From contig CAZGOK010000001.1 in assembly GCA_964527665.1 (NCBI GenBank), forward strand, positions 1 through 39,657: a DNA stretch of 39,657 nt. Reading direction: 5' to 3'. The DNA comes from an uncultured Sphaerochaeta sp. (GTDB lineage Bacteria; Spirochaetota; Spirochaetia; Sphaerochaetales; Sphaerochaetaceae). Under the pieces are notes generated by a model. The model ran no database searches and was not told the DNA's origin. It was given only the letters and a program-made list of their open reading frames with translations. Shown here in pieces: positions 1-9,002 of this stretch. How positions within the stretch are numbered: position 1 is the stretch's first letter; every line of letters begins with the position of its first letter. Both the position numbers and the translations under genes were made by a program.

Positions 1-724
1 TACCATAGACTCGACCAACCGCTATGCAAAGCAGCTTGCCAGTGAAGGGTGTGTTCTTCCTACCTTAGTCCTTGCCCACAGCCAGAGTGGGGGTAGGGGG
101 CGCCTGGGGCGAGAGTTCTCAAGCCCCAAGGGCGGCATCTACCTCAGCTTGGTCCTTGCCCCTCCCGCTTCTGTCCTATTGGCCTCCCTGATAACCAGCG
201 CTGCCGCTGTGGCCACAGCGGCAGCCGTCGAGGAGGTGTGTGCTATCTCTTGTGGCATAAAATGGGTAAACGATCTCTTCCTTGACGGACGCAAGGTGGG
301 GGGCATCCTCACCGAAGGGGTGATGAATATGGAAAGCGGGAAGCTCGCCTCGGTGGTGGTGGGTATCGGCATCAACTTTTCCACACCCCTCCAAGCGTAC
401 CCCCCAGCTCTTCGCCCCATTGTAACCTCCCTCTATCCGAAAAGCTCCCTCGTTCCCAAGGAGGTCGATGCCTCTTCGTTGGTTGCCTCCCTGGTCACTC
501 TCCTTGTCGGGTACTCAACTACCCTGGAAGAGCGCTCCTTCCTGCCTGAATACCGCTCACGCTCCATTGTCCTGGGCAAGCAGATTCTCATTCGAGCGCA
601 GAGGAAAGAGCGCAAGGCCCTGGCCCTATCCATCGATGAGGATGCCCACTTGGTGGTGAGGGTCGAGGGTGGGGGTGTGGAGATTCTCAGCAGCGGAGAG
701 ATTAGCATCGGCCTTGATGCATAA
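1..724 (+). CDS. birA: Biotin--[acetyl-CoA-carboxylase] ligase, 5'-truncated by the window edge
   Basis: Frame is open from base 2: TIDSTN...QSGGRGRLGR.F.SP.GGIYLS, then IKWVNDL, KVGGILTE, VVGIGIN and a C-terminal SGEIS. Confidence 0.95.
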   Translation, partial: TIDSTNRYAKQLASEGCVLPTLVLAHSQSGGRGRLGREFSSPKGGIYLSLVLAPPASVLLASLITSAAAVATAAAVEEVCAISCGIKWVNDLFLDGRKVGGILTEGVMNMESGKLASVVVGIGINFSTPLQAYPPALRPIVTSLYPKSSLVPKEVDASSLVASLVTLLVGYSTTLEERSFLPEYRSRSIVLGKQILIRAQRKERKALALSIDEDAHLVVRVEGGGVEILSSGEISIGLDA

Positions 725-773
725 GTTTGGTTTATAGTATAGTTCTTTCTACTTGTACGAAAAGGAATATACT

Positions 774-2537
774 ATGCTTGATACAGTACGTCAGTCTTGG
801 AAAGCCCTTGTTGAGAAGGAACTTGCCCTATATGCCCTTACAATTCTTGGAGAAGAGGTCGTTTTGCCACCCCTGGCTGTGCAGACCCCTCCCAAGCCCG
901 AGTTGGGAGACCTTGCCTTCCCCCTGTTTGCCTATGCGAAAATTCTTCGTACAGCCCCTCCCATGCTCGCCTCTACTCTCAAGGCCCGTATCGAGAAACT
1001 CTCTGATCGTCCCTTGGGGGAGCTGCTGGTAGCAGGTCCCTATTTGAATATCCGCATTGATATGGGAGCTTTGGCTTCCTCCCTGTCTTCTGCCATTGAG
1101 GCGGAAGGCTCCCTGTATGGTACGAACAAGAGCCTCTGTGACAAGCGCATAACCGTTGAGTTCAGCTGCCCCAACACCAACAAGCCCCTGCACTTGGGCC
1201 ATATGCGCAACGATAGCATAGGGGAGAGCATCAGTTCTATTCTGAAGGCAAACGGAGCGACTGTACGCAAGGTGAACCTGATCAACAACCGCGGGGTGCA
1301 CATCTGCAAGTCCATGCTCGCCTACCAGAAGTTCGGCAATGGGGAGACCCCTGAGTCGACAGGGATGAAAGGCGACCACTTTGTAGGAAAGTACTATGTC
1401 AAGTTTGCCGCTTGGGCAAAAGAGGAAGCTACTGCCGAACTTCAGGCTCAGCAGATGCTGCAGAAGTGGGAAGAGGATGATCCTGCAGTGATGGAGCTCT
1501 GGCACAAGATGAACAAGTGGACTCTCGACGGGCTTGCCGAAAGCTACAAGAGCATGGGCATCAGCTTTGACCATTATTACTATGAGTCCGAGACCTACAA
1601 GTACGGCAAGGACGAGATTCTCAAGGGCCTTGAGAAGGGTGTCTTCTACCGCGAGGAGGACGGCTCGGTCTGGGTCGACCTCGAGGCGGTCAAGCTGGAT
1701 AAGAAGGTTCTGCTGCGTAAGGATGGAACGAGCCTGTACATGACCCAGGATGTGGGGACCGCCATCATGCGGCACAAGGACTGGCCGTTCGACTCCCTCA
1801 TCTATGTGGTGGCAAGCGAACAGCAGTACCACTTCAAGGTGCTCTTCCATGTCCTGTCGCTGCTTGGATACACCTGGGCAGAGGACCTGCACCACCTTTC
1901 GTACGGCATGGTCAACCTCCCTGACGGAAAGATGAAGAGCCGTGAAGGTACGGTTGTGGATGCTGATGAGCTGGTTGCCCAGATGACCGCCATGGCAGCC
2001 GGGGAGATCGCTGCCAAACAGCGTGAGGAGCAGGTCGGTGATGTGGCGAAGACCTCATCCTCGATAGCCTTGGGAGCTCTGAACTACTACCTCCTACAGG
2101 TGAACCCCCTCAAGGACATGATCTTCAACCCTGCTGAGTCCATCTCATTCAATGGGAACACCGGCCCTTACCTGCAGTATATGGGGGCAAGGATCTCCAG
2201 CATGCTGGGCAAGTACGAAAGTGAGGGAGGCGACAGGACCAAGCTCGGCTTTGACAGCAGTCTGCTCACCCTCAGCGATGAGCGCGAGCTCATCAAGCAG
2301 ATCGCCCTCTACCCTGAGGTGGTGGCCCGTTCAGGGGCGGAGCTGGATCCTTCGCTTGTTTGTGTCTATCTGTATGAGCTTTCCAGGCTGTTCTCCCGCT
2401 GGTACCATGACAACCCGGTGCTCAAGGCAGGAAGTGACGAGCTTGTCCGCTCAAGGATCGAACTCTCTGCGATGGTGATGCAGGTTCTCAAGAACGCATT
2501 TGCCCTGGTCGGCATCCCCTTTTTGCACTCGATGTAG
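774..2537 (+). CDS. argS: Arginine--tRNA ligase
   Basis: FSCPNTNKPLHLGH (HIGH-like), GKMKSREG, GNTGPYLQY; AAAGGA precedes ATG 774. Confidence 0.97.
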   Translation: MLDTVRQSWKALVEKELALYALTILGEEVVLPPLAVQTPPKPELGDLAFPLFAYAKILRTAPPMLASTLKARIEKLSDRPLGELLVAGPYLNIRIDMGALASSLSSAIEAEGSLYGTNKSLCDKRITVEFSCPNTNKPLHLGHMRNDSIGESISSILKANGATVRKVNLINNRGVHICKSMLAYQKFGNGETPESTGMKGDHFVGKYYVKFAAWAKEEATAELQAQQMLQKWEEDDPAVMELWHKMNKWTLDGLAESYKSMGISFDHYYYESETYKYGKDEILKGLEKGVFYREEDGSVWVDLEAVKLDKKVLLRKDGTSLYMTQDVGTAIMRHKDWPFDSLIYVVASEQQYHFKVLFHVLSLLGYTWAEDLHHLSYGMVNLPDGKMKSREGTVVDADELVAQMTAMAAGEIAAKQREEQVGDVAKTSSSIALGALNYYLLQVNPLKDMIFNPAESISFNGNTGPYLQYMGARISSMLGKYESEGGDRTKLGFDSSLLTLSDERELIKQIALYPEVVARSGAELDPSLVCVYLYELSRLFSRWYHDNPVLKAGSDELVRSRIELSAMVMQVLKNAFALVGIPFLHSM

Positions 2538-2539
2538 GC

Positions 2540-3115
2540 CTACTCACCCTTGTACAGGGCGCAGAAGCTGGTGATGAACCTCTCCTCTCTCCAAGGCAGG
2601 TCGACATCCTTGCCGACCAGGGTCTTGGAGAGGAGGTTCTGCACCGTTGAGCTGAACATCTCGATGGCCAAGTCCAAATCCTCAATCTCCAGTCTTCCCG
2701 TCTCAGCGAGCTCCTCTATGAGGACCCTGCTTTGCGCGTCAAACATCTCTGAGAGGGTGCTCGCAATTGCAGAGGCTTCCGGGTGGATGAGCTTTTCCGC
2801 CTCGATGATGCTGTAGAACCATGACAGGGGCTCGGTCGTATAGACATCACTGTAGTGGTCCATCGCCCTGAACAGGACATCGCTGGCCTTGCCTGCGAAT
2901 GAGATGGTGACCTGCTGGGAGTATGCGAGCTTCCTACAGTAGGCGAACAAGGACGCGACCAGGTCGTCCCTGCTGGTAAAGTGGTGGAAGACCGAAGCCT
3001 TGGAGATGTCGTTCTCCTTGGCCAGATGGGCTATGGAGACGTTGTCTATGCCCTTCTTCGATCCTAGTTCCAGCAGCGATAGTATGAGCTTTTGTTTGGT
3101 TGTTGAGGTATTCAT
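2540..3115 (-). CDS. TetR/AcrR family transcriptional regulator
   Basis: N-terminal HTH (GIDNVSIAHLAKENDISKASVFHHFTSRDDL). ATG 3115 chosen because the ORF-track extension runs through the promoter and operator. Confidence 0.9.
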   Translation of the reverse strand: MNTSTTKQKLILSLLELGSKKGIDNVSIAHLAKENDISKASVFHHFTSRDDLVASLFAYCRKLAYSQQVTISFAGKASDVLFRAMDHYSDVYTTEPLSWFYSIIEAEKLIHPEASAIASTLSEMFDAQSRVLIEELAETGRLEIEDLDLAIEMFSSTVQNLLSKTLVGKDVDLPWREERFITSFCALYKGE

Positions 3116-3120
3116 ACCCA

Positions 3121-3150
3121 ATACTAACCTATCGGTCGGTAGGTTATCAA
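3121..3150 (-). promoter_or_regulatory. TetR gene promoter with a palindromic operator in the spacer
   Basis: Minus strand TTGATA-18-TAGTAT; near-palindrome TAACCTA-tcggtcgg-TAGGTTA at 3125-3146. Confidence 0.7.
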
Positions 3151-3192
3151 CTACTTTTTCTTTGTTTTTCAATCATTTATCTCATGATTAGC

Positions 3193-3222
3193 TTGAAGTT
3201 ACTCTTTGATGCATGGTATAAG
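3193..3222 (+). promoter_or_regulatory. Putative sigma70 promoter of the rplU operon
   Basis: TTGAAG-18-TATAAG with TGn extension. Confidence 0.5.
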
Positions 3223-3259
3223 AGGAGGGCACAAACTAAACGTAAGGATGCAAATCGAT

Positions 3260-3574
3260 ATGTATGCACTTGTAGAAATTCTCGGAAAACAGTACAAAGC
3301 AATCGAAGGTCAGACCGTTCGGGTTGATTACATCAGCCAGAAAGAAGAAGGCTCTTCGCTTGAGTACGAAACAGTTCTCGCCATTGTGGATGAGGACAAT
3401 GCAAAGTTTGGCACCCCCTATGTAGCAGACGCTATGGTCAAGGCAACCCTCCAAGGAAGCCTCAAGGGTGACAAGATTCGGGTGTACAAAAAGAAACGCC
3501 GCAAAGGATACACTAGGACCCAAGGTCATAGACAGAAGTATTCACTGATCTCAATCGATCAGATTATCGCCTAA
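3260..3574 (+). CDS. rplU: 50S ribosomal protein L21
   Basis: MYALVEILGKQY...KKKRRKGYTRTQGHRQ. Confidence 0.97.
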   Translation: MYALVEILGKQYKAIEGQTVRVDYISQKEEGSSLEYETVLAIVDEDNAKFGTPYVADAMVKATLQGSLKGDKIRVYKKKRRKGYTRTQGHRQKYSLISIDQIIA

Positions 3575-3586
3575 GGAGGAAGGAAT

Positions 3587-3838
3587 ATGGCACATAAGAA
3601 AGGTGGTGGTAGCACCCGCAATGGTCGCGATTCCAACTCACAGCGCCTTGGCGTCAAACGCTTCGGTGGCCAGGTGGTAAAAGCCGGTGAGATCATCGTA
3701 CGTCAGCATGGAACCAAATTCCACCCTGGCGAAAATGCAGGATTGGGTTCTGATTATACCCTTTTTGCAAAAGCTGCAGGTACTGTACTGTTCCACGTAA
3801 AAAAGAACCGTAAGTATATCAGCATCGTAACTGAGTAG
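3587..3838 (+). CDS. rpmA: 50S ribosomal protein L27
   Basis: [24 protein letters not shown]; strong AAGGAGG SD. Confidence 0.99.
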   Translation: MAHKKGGGSTRNGRDSNSQRLGVKRFGGQVVKAGEIIVRQHGTKFHPGENAGLGSDYTLFAKAAGTVLFHVKKNRKYISIVTE

Positions 3839-3882
3839 TTTTACCTACCGATATTGGCCTTATGGCCTGAGTAGACGAACGC

Positions 3883-4965
3883 ATGTTTGGATTTTCAGAT
3901 GAGACCTATATTGATGTTGCCTCCGGAAACGGGGGCAACGGTTGTGTTTCCTTCCGCAGGGAAAAATATGTTCCCAAGGGCGGACCGGATGGTGGCGATG
4001 GCGGGCGTGGGGGCAATGTTGTCTTTGTAGTGAAGAACAACCTGAGGACCCTTGGCCATCTGAAGATGGTGCGCTCCTATCGTGCGGAAAATGGGCGTAA
4101 TGGCTCAGGGGATCGATGTTATGGCCGTGATGGCAACGACATTGAGATCGCTGTCCCTCCGGGGACCGTGCTCAAGGATCCCAACACCGGAGAGCTCATC
4201 AAGGACCTCACAGGTGAGGAGCGATGGGTGTATCTGACCGGTGGCCGCGGAGGCCAGGGCAACTATCATTTCAAGACCTCTGTACGACAGGCTCCCCGTT
4301 TCGCCCAGCCAGGTGAAGCCGGACAGGAGTTTCGTATCGGTGTGGAGCTTCTGGTCCTTGCCGATATCGGCTTTGTAGGATTTCCCAATGCGGGAAAATC
4401 CTCTCTGCTCAATATGCTGACCAATGCCCGTACCAAAGTTGCAGGGTACCCCTTCACCACTAAGATTCCTCAACTGGGTATGCTTCGCTATGGTGACCAC
4501 GACATCGTGCTTGCCGACATCCCCGGCCTTTTGGAAGGGGCGAGCGAAGGAACCGGCATGGGAATCAAGTTTCTCAGGCATATCAACCGCACTACAGGGC
4601 TGGCATTCTTCATTGACCTCAGTGATGACCGCTACCTTGATGCCTACGATATCCTGTGCAATGAGCTTGCTTCCTTTGAACCTTTGCTTTTGGATAAGAA
4701 ACAGGTTATTCTTGGGACAAAGCTCGATGAGCCGGGAACCAAGGAGAGGCTTGCAGAGTTGCAGGCGAAGTACCCTGACAAAGAGGTGATAGGATTGTGT
4801 GTCTACCTGGACATCGGCCTCGAAGAGGTCAGGCAATCATTCATCAAGATGGTGGGGGATACGGAAAACCCGACTCTCCAGGCCCTTGGTGACAGTAGCG
4901 TAGGTGGGTTTTCCACTTCCGTGAACATGGAAGCCGAGTATCCTGACGAGCCTTTCGAACTCTAG
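3883..4965 (+). CDS. obgE: GTPase ObgE/CgtA
   Basis: Gly-rich Obg domain (FRREKYVPKGGPDGGDGGRGG), GFPNAGKS, YPFTT, DIPG, TKLD. Confidence 0.97.
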   Translation: MFGFSDETYIDVASGNGGNGCVSFRREKYVPKGGPDGGDGGRGGNVVFVVKNNLRTLGHLKMVRSYRAENGRNGSGDRCYGRDGNDIEIAVPPGTVLKDPNTGELIKDLTGEERWVYLTGGRGGQGNYHFKTSVRQAPRFAQPGEAGQEFRIGVELLVLADIGFVGFPNAGKSSLLNMLTNARTKVAGYPFTTKIPQLGMLRYGDHDIVLADIPGLLEGASEGTGMGIKFLRHINRTTGLAFFIDLSDDRYLDAYDILCNELASFEPLLLDKKQVILGTKLDEPGTKERLAELQAKYPDKEVIGLCVYLDIGLEEVRQSFIKMVGDTENPTLQALGDSSVGGFSTSVNMEAEYPDEPFEL

Positions 4966-4974
4966 GGGGAAAAG

Positions 4975-5613
4975 GTGGTCAAGCCAGTCGCCACTGCTAT
5001 GGTGGGAGGAAGTTTCAATCCGGTACATCTTGGCCATCTTCACCTGATCCACACGGTGGCAACCACCACCAGGTACAGGCGGTTCATATGCATTCCCGTA
5101 GCACAAAACAATTTCAAGCGTGATGCGACTCTGATAGAGGCGCATCACCGCCTTACCATGCTCCATCTCAGCTTCGCTTCCTATAGGGAGCTCTATCCGG
5201 ACGACCCCCCACTCGAACTGTTGAGCGACCCTTGCGAGATAGAGCGGGGAGGGGTCTCCTACACCTACGACACGGTCAAACACCTCTACCTCACCTATGG
5301 CATCAGGGGCAGGCTCGGTCTGGTCATGGGTGACGACCTGCTCCCCTCGCTGGAGAAGTGGCACAAGTATGACGAGCTGAAGGAGCTGGTCGCCTTTGTG
5401 GTCATCAGGCGCGAAGGGGAGGCAGCTGCCTTCCATGACAGCGCTGTAGACCTTGAATACATTGACAACATCCCCCTTGATGACTCATCCACCGCCATCC
5501 GCGAGGCTTGTGCCCGCTTGGGCGGGGATGAGGAGCTTCCCCCTTCCATCCGCTCTTTGATGCAGGAGGAGGTTGCCGCCTATGTCCAGCAGAACAAGCT
5601 CTATCGCTCTTGA
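4975..5613 (+). CDS. nadD: Nicotinate-nucleotide adenylyltransferase
   Basis: GGSFNPVHLGH, SYTYDT, MGDD, SSTAIR; follows obgE. Confidence 0.92.
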   Translation: MVKPVATAMVGGSFNPVHLGHLHLIHTVATTTRYRRFICIPVAQNNFKRDATLIEAHHRLTMLHLSFASYRELYPDDPPLELLSDPCEIERGGVSYTYDTVKHLYLTYGIRGRLGLVMGDDLLPSLEKWHKYDELKELVAFVVIRREGEAAAFHDSAVDLEYIDNIPLDDSSTAIREACARLGGDEELPPSIRSLMQEEVAAYVQQNKLYRS

Positions 5614-6166
5614 GAGGGCCCTGTCCTCCCTGATGAGCGAGAAGAGGTTCCTGCACAGCAAGGCGACAGCAGAGAGTTCGCTGAGCCTGGTCCTGCAGTA
5701 TGGGGAACGGCTGGACCGGGAGCTTTGTACCCAGGCAGCCCTCCTGCATGATATTGCCAGGGAGTGGGGTGATGGGCAGCTTCTTTCCTATGCAAAGGAG
5801 CACTGCCTTCAGCTGGAGGCAGAAGAGAAGGGGGACCCCGTCCTGCTGCACGCACCTGTAGGGGCCCACCTGTTGGCAGAGAAGGGGTATGAAAGCTCTC
5901 TTTGTCTGGCAGTGCGCTACCACACGCTGGGAAGCGTGGGTATGGGGCGTCTTGGGCTGGTGTTGTTCATCGCTGATTACATCGAGGACGGCAGGACCCA
6001 TATCACTGATGCGACAAGAAAGAGCCTGCGATCATTGCCATCGCTGGAGATGGTCTGCTTGGAGATCCTTAGGATGCAGGGGCGATACCTTCATACAAAG
6101 GGCAAAGATCTTGCAGGATGTACAAAGGAGCTGAAGAGCTTCATTCTCTCTGGAGGGCTCCTATGA
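5582..6166 (+). CDS. yqeK: YqeK-family HD protein (symmetrical Ap4A hydrolase)
   Basis: RFLHS, LLHDIAR, LLHAPVGA, YHTLG, FIADYIE; AGGAGG SD before ATG 5582; overlaps the end of nadD. Confidence 0.88.
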   Translation: MSSRTSSIALERALSSLMSEKRFLHSKATAESSLSLVLQYGERLDRELCTQAALLHDIAREWGDGQLLSYAKEHCLQLEAEEKGDPVLLHAPVGAHLLAEKGYESSLCLAVRYHTLGSVGMGRLGLVLFIADYIEDGRTHITDATRKSLRSLPSLEMVCLEILRMQGRYLHTKGKDLAGCTKELKSFILSGGLL

Positions 6167-6735
6167 AGAGGATCCTTGGTATGGGACTTGTGCTCCTGCT
6201 TGTGCTCTGCTCGGGGTGCACCTCCGACAAGAGGGAAGCGTATTATGGCTTTTTCGGCTCTGAAAGCGTTGTCCTGGTTGTGCAGGGTACCCATATGGTT
6301 GTCCTGAGCATGGGTGGCCCCCTTGTACAGGGGTATGCCCTCTCTGAGGGCCTTGAGCCGAGGGATGCCCTGCCACGCTTGCTGGGCATCCCTGCCAAGG
6401 CATATTTCGGCAGTGATGAGCGCTCTCTTGCTGAAGTTCGCTCCCTGCTGACCACCTTGGCCAGTGAAAGCCTTGGTATTGCACGTTCGGAAGTGACCGA
6501 TGAGCTCTCGCTCTCTGTCCTGGTTTCTAGAGCTGGCGACTTGAGGAAAACCCCATTCGTCAGTACACTACAGTTGTTGACGGGCCTCCCGGATGGCTTG
6601 GCCCTGCTGCAGAAGATGAAGAGCTGCCACACCTATGATGTGGGGCAGTTTGTTTCGATAGATATAGACACTGATTGGAAGTTATTGAAGGAATACCTGG
6701 GCCGATGGCTCACAGGCGCCTTGCTTCTCGAGTGA
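6163..6735 (+). CDS. Hypothetical lipoprotein
   Basis: MKRILGMGLVLLLVLCSGC signal/lipobox; ATGA overlap with yqeK. Confidence 0.7.
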   Translation: MKRILGMGLVLLLVLCSGCTSDKREAYYGFFGSESVVLVVQGTHMVVLSMGGPLVQGYALSEGLEPRDALPRLLGIPAKAYFGSDERSLAEVRSLLTTLASESLGIARSEVTDELSLSVLVSRAGDLRKTPFVSTLQLLTGLPDGLALLQKMKSCHTYDVGQFVSIDIDTDWKLLKEYLGRWLTGALLLE

Positions 6736-6749
6736 AGGAGAATGATTTG

Positions 6750-7160
6750 ATGAATACGACGGTAGCGGCCAATGCAGAAAAGCTTGGCCAGTTTTTAGAA
6801 GACCACAGGTGCACGAACGTCAATATCCTGGATATTGAAGGGCAGTGTTCCTGGGCTGATTGCTTTATCATCGCAACGGTAAACAGCGTAGGACACCTCA
6901 AGGGCGTTGCCCACGAGTTGTGGGGCGAGATCAACGCCCTTGATCTCACTGTAGCCAACCGCCATAAGTCACCCCAGGGTGATGGATGGGAGCTTGTGGA
7001 CTGTGGCGATATTGTCATCCACCTGATGAGTGAGGAGCTCAGGGATTTCTACTCCCTGGAAAAGCTCTGGCAAAGTCGTGCTGCCGTTGATGCGGACACC
7101 GAAAGCGAAGAGTCACAAGGGGAAGAGGACGATGATGAGGAAGAAGACGAGCAGGACTGA
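6750..7160 (+). CDS. rsfS: Ribosome silencing factor RsfS with an acidic C-terminal tail
   Basis: DCFIIAT, WELVDCGDIVIHLMSEELRDFYSLEKLW; AAGGAG SD. Confidence 0.93.
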   Translation: MNTTVAANAEKLGQFLEDHRCTNVNILDIEGQCSWADCFIIATVNSVGHLKGVAHELWGEINALDLTVANRHKSPQGDGWELVDCGDIVIHLMSEELRDFYSLEKLWQSRAAVDADTESEESQGEEDDDEEEDEQD

Positions 7161-7186
7161 GTATACCACTACTCTAGTGGGTGCTC
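7159..7186. terminator. Hairpin between convergent rsfS and MATE genes
   Basis: gagtat-a-ccacta-ctc-tagtgg-gtgctc followed by a T-rich run. Confidence 0.5.
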
Positions 7187-7232
7187 TCTTTTCCCCCTTT
7201 CCATACTAATGTCCAACAAATATGGTGATCGA

Positions 7233-8594
7233 TCAGATCACCTTTTTTGTTTTCCACTTGCCCCGTACGAATCGTATGAAAAAGAGCGTACCCCGGCACA
7301 GCCAGTCGATATACATCCCAAACCAGACCCCATAGACTCCAAATCCCAGGTAGAAGGAGAGCACATAGCTTGATCCTACCCTGAATACCCACATGCTGAA
7401 CATGGACACTATCATGGTGTACCGCACATCCCCCGCTGCCCTGAGGAAGTTGGGGATGGTAAAGGAAAATGGCCAGATCAGGGTGCTTGCCACCATCGCG
7501 GTCCTGATGATGTTGCTCGCCAGGAGCGAGGCTTCGGATGAAAGGTTGAAGATGTTCACCACAGATGGGGTGATGATGAAAATCGGCACTGTGATCATGG
7601 CTATGGAGGCATATGCGAGTATAAGCAGTCTTCTGCCATAGAAGGAAGCCTGGTCGGGCCTCTTCGCCCCAAGGCTCTGTCCTATGATGGTGATGGAGGC
7701 CATGTTGATCGCCCTGCCGGGGATGTTGGCCAGTGAGGCAACGGAGTTGGCTATCGCATTGGCTGCAAGGGCTACCGTGCCGAAGGATGCGATGAAGCTC
7801 TGCACCAAGAGGCGTCCGATATGGAAGATGCTCCCCTCTATCCCAGTGGGGATGCCGATCGTGAGGATTTTTTTTATCTTGCCCCCATGCCATTCGAACT
7901 TCCATATCTTATGGATGAAGATGATGTTGTTTTTGTTGCTTATCAGGACGACCATGATGGTTGCCGCTAGTATTCTGCTGAGCAGGGTTGCAAGACCCGC
8001 ACCCCCCACCCCCATGTCGAGGACGAAGATGAAGTAGGCGTTGCCTGCTATGTTGGTGATGTTCATCAGGGTGCTTACAAGGAGGGAGACCTTGCTGTTG
8101 CCCATGGAGCGGAACAGGGCCGCACAGGCGTTGTAGGAGGCGAGAAAGGGCAGGGAGAGGAGGATGTACTTGAAGTAGATGGTGCTGCTTGCGAGTACAT
8201 CGGCCTCGATGGAGCCGAATATCAACGATATGATCGCTTTTCGGATAGGCAAGCAGAGGATGAGCAGCAAGGTGGCAACACTCAACGATAGGATGAACAG
8301 CTGCTTGGCTGCATCATTGGCTGAAGCATGGTCTTTCCTTCCAAGGTACTGGCTGGCAACTACAGCCCCTCCTGTGGCAAAGGAGGCAAAGAGCTGGACC
8401 ATGAGGTGGGATATGCTGTCGACGATGCTCACTGAACTTACCGCAACCTCCCCGACAGAGGCCACCATCACCGTATCGACTATGCCGATGGTAATGGCAA
8501 GGAATTGCTCTGCTATCAAGGGGACGATGAGCATGAAGAGAAACCGTCGGGAGAACAACGGTTCTTTCAATGACCGATGTGCTAGTGTATTCAC
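7233..8594 (-). CDS. MATE family efflux transporter, copy 1 (453 aa)
   Basis: About 12 hydrophobic segments; VDTVMVASVGEVAVS, SQYLG, RSMGNSK, IGIP, RAAGD. Confidence 0.95.
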   Translation of the reverse strand: MNTLAHRSLKEPLFSRRFLFMLIVPLIAEQFLAITIGIVDTVMVASVGEVAVSSVSIVDSISHLMVQLFASFATGGAVVASQYLGRKDHASANDAAKQLFILSLSVATLLLILCLPIRKAIISLIFGSIEADVLASSTIYFKYILLSLPFLASYNACAALFRSMGNSKVSLLVSTLMNITNIAGNAYFIFVLDMGVGGAGLATLLSRILAATIMVVLISNKNNIIFIHKIWKFEWHGGKIKKILTIGIPTGIEGSIFHIGRLLVQSFIASFGTVALAANAIANSVASLANIPGRAINMASITIIGQSLGAKRPDQASFYGRRLLILAYASIAMITVPIFIITPSVVNIFNLSSEASLLASNIIRTAMVASTLIWPFSFTIPNFLRAAGDVRYTMIVSMFSMWVFRVGSSYVLSFYLGFGVYGVWFGMYIDWLCRGTLFFIRFVRGKWKTKKVI

Positions 8595-8613
8595 AAACAG
8601 GGACCTCTTCTCT

Positions 8614-8642
8614 ATCTTAGAGTTGATATGAGGTTATAACAA
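8614..8642 (-). promoter_or_regulatory. Putative promoter of MATE copy 1
   Basis: TTGTTA-17-TAAGAT, at the same position relative to the start as the copy 2 promoter. Confidence 0.55.
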
Positions 8643-8671
8643 GAGGGTTGAATCCCATATTCAACCCTCTT
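8641..8671. terminator. Perfect 13-bp stem-loop
   Basis: AAGAGGGTTGAAT-cccat-ATTCAACCCTCTT. Confidence 0.7.
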
Positions 8672-9002
8672 TGCTTCTACTACAACAAGATAGAGTCATT
8701 AAACACCCGATAGGTTACCATCCATGCTATGCTTTCAGCTTGCAGGTAGTAAGATCAGTCCACCCTATGCGCAGGTATTGTATGCGTATGACTATTGTAC
8801 ATTGAACTCAGAGGATTCTGGCCTCCATATTGGTTTGGCTAGGAGCACACATTGTACTGTTGCAGAGTCACATTTTTACTCTGCTTGGCAGAAACTGCCA
8901 TCAATGTTGCAGTTTGAAGCAAAAATGGTACACCAAGTACAGTGTTGGTAGCGTTCAGTTACAGCAATTCATATGATTTACGAAACAGAAAAAGGCGATT
9001 AC

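Noticed and set aside
828-1895. Long antisense ORFs opposite argS, and similarly opposite glyQS (27497-28447), tyrS (29188-30147) and the ABC ATPase (12627-13607)
   Set aside because: They are shadows of well-supported genes, expected from codon bias that avoids TTA/CTA/TCA; no SD or recognisable motifs
3574-3587. No prp protease gene between rplU and rpmA
   Set aside because: L27 starts directly at MAHKK with no N-terminal extension, so Prp is not needed
8724-8951. 75-aa ORF upstream of the nuclease
   Set aside because: No SD or recognisable motif; treated as non-coding, although a small partner gene cannot be fully excluded
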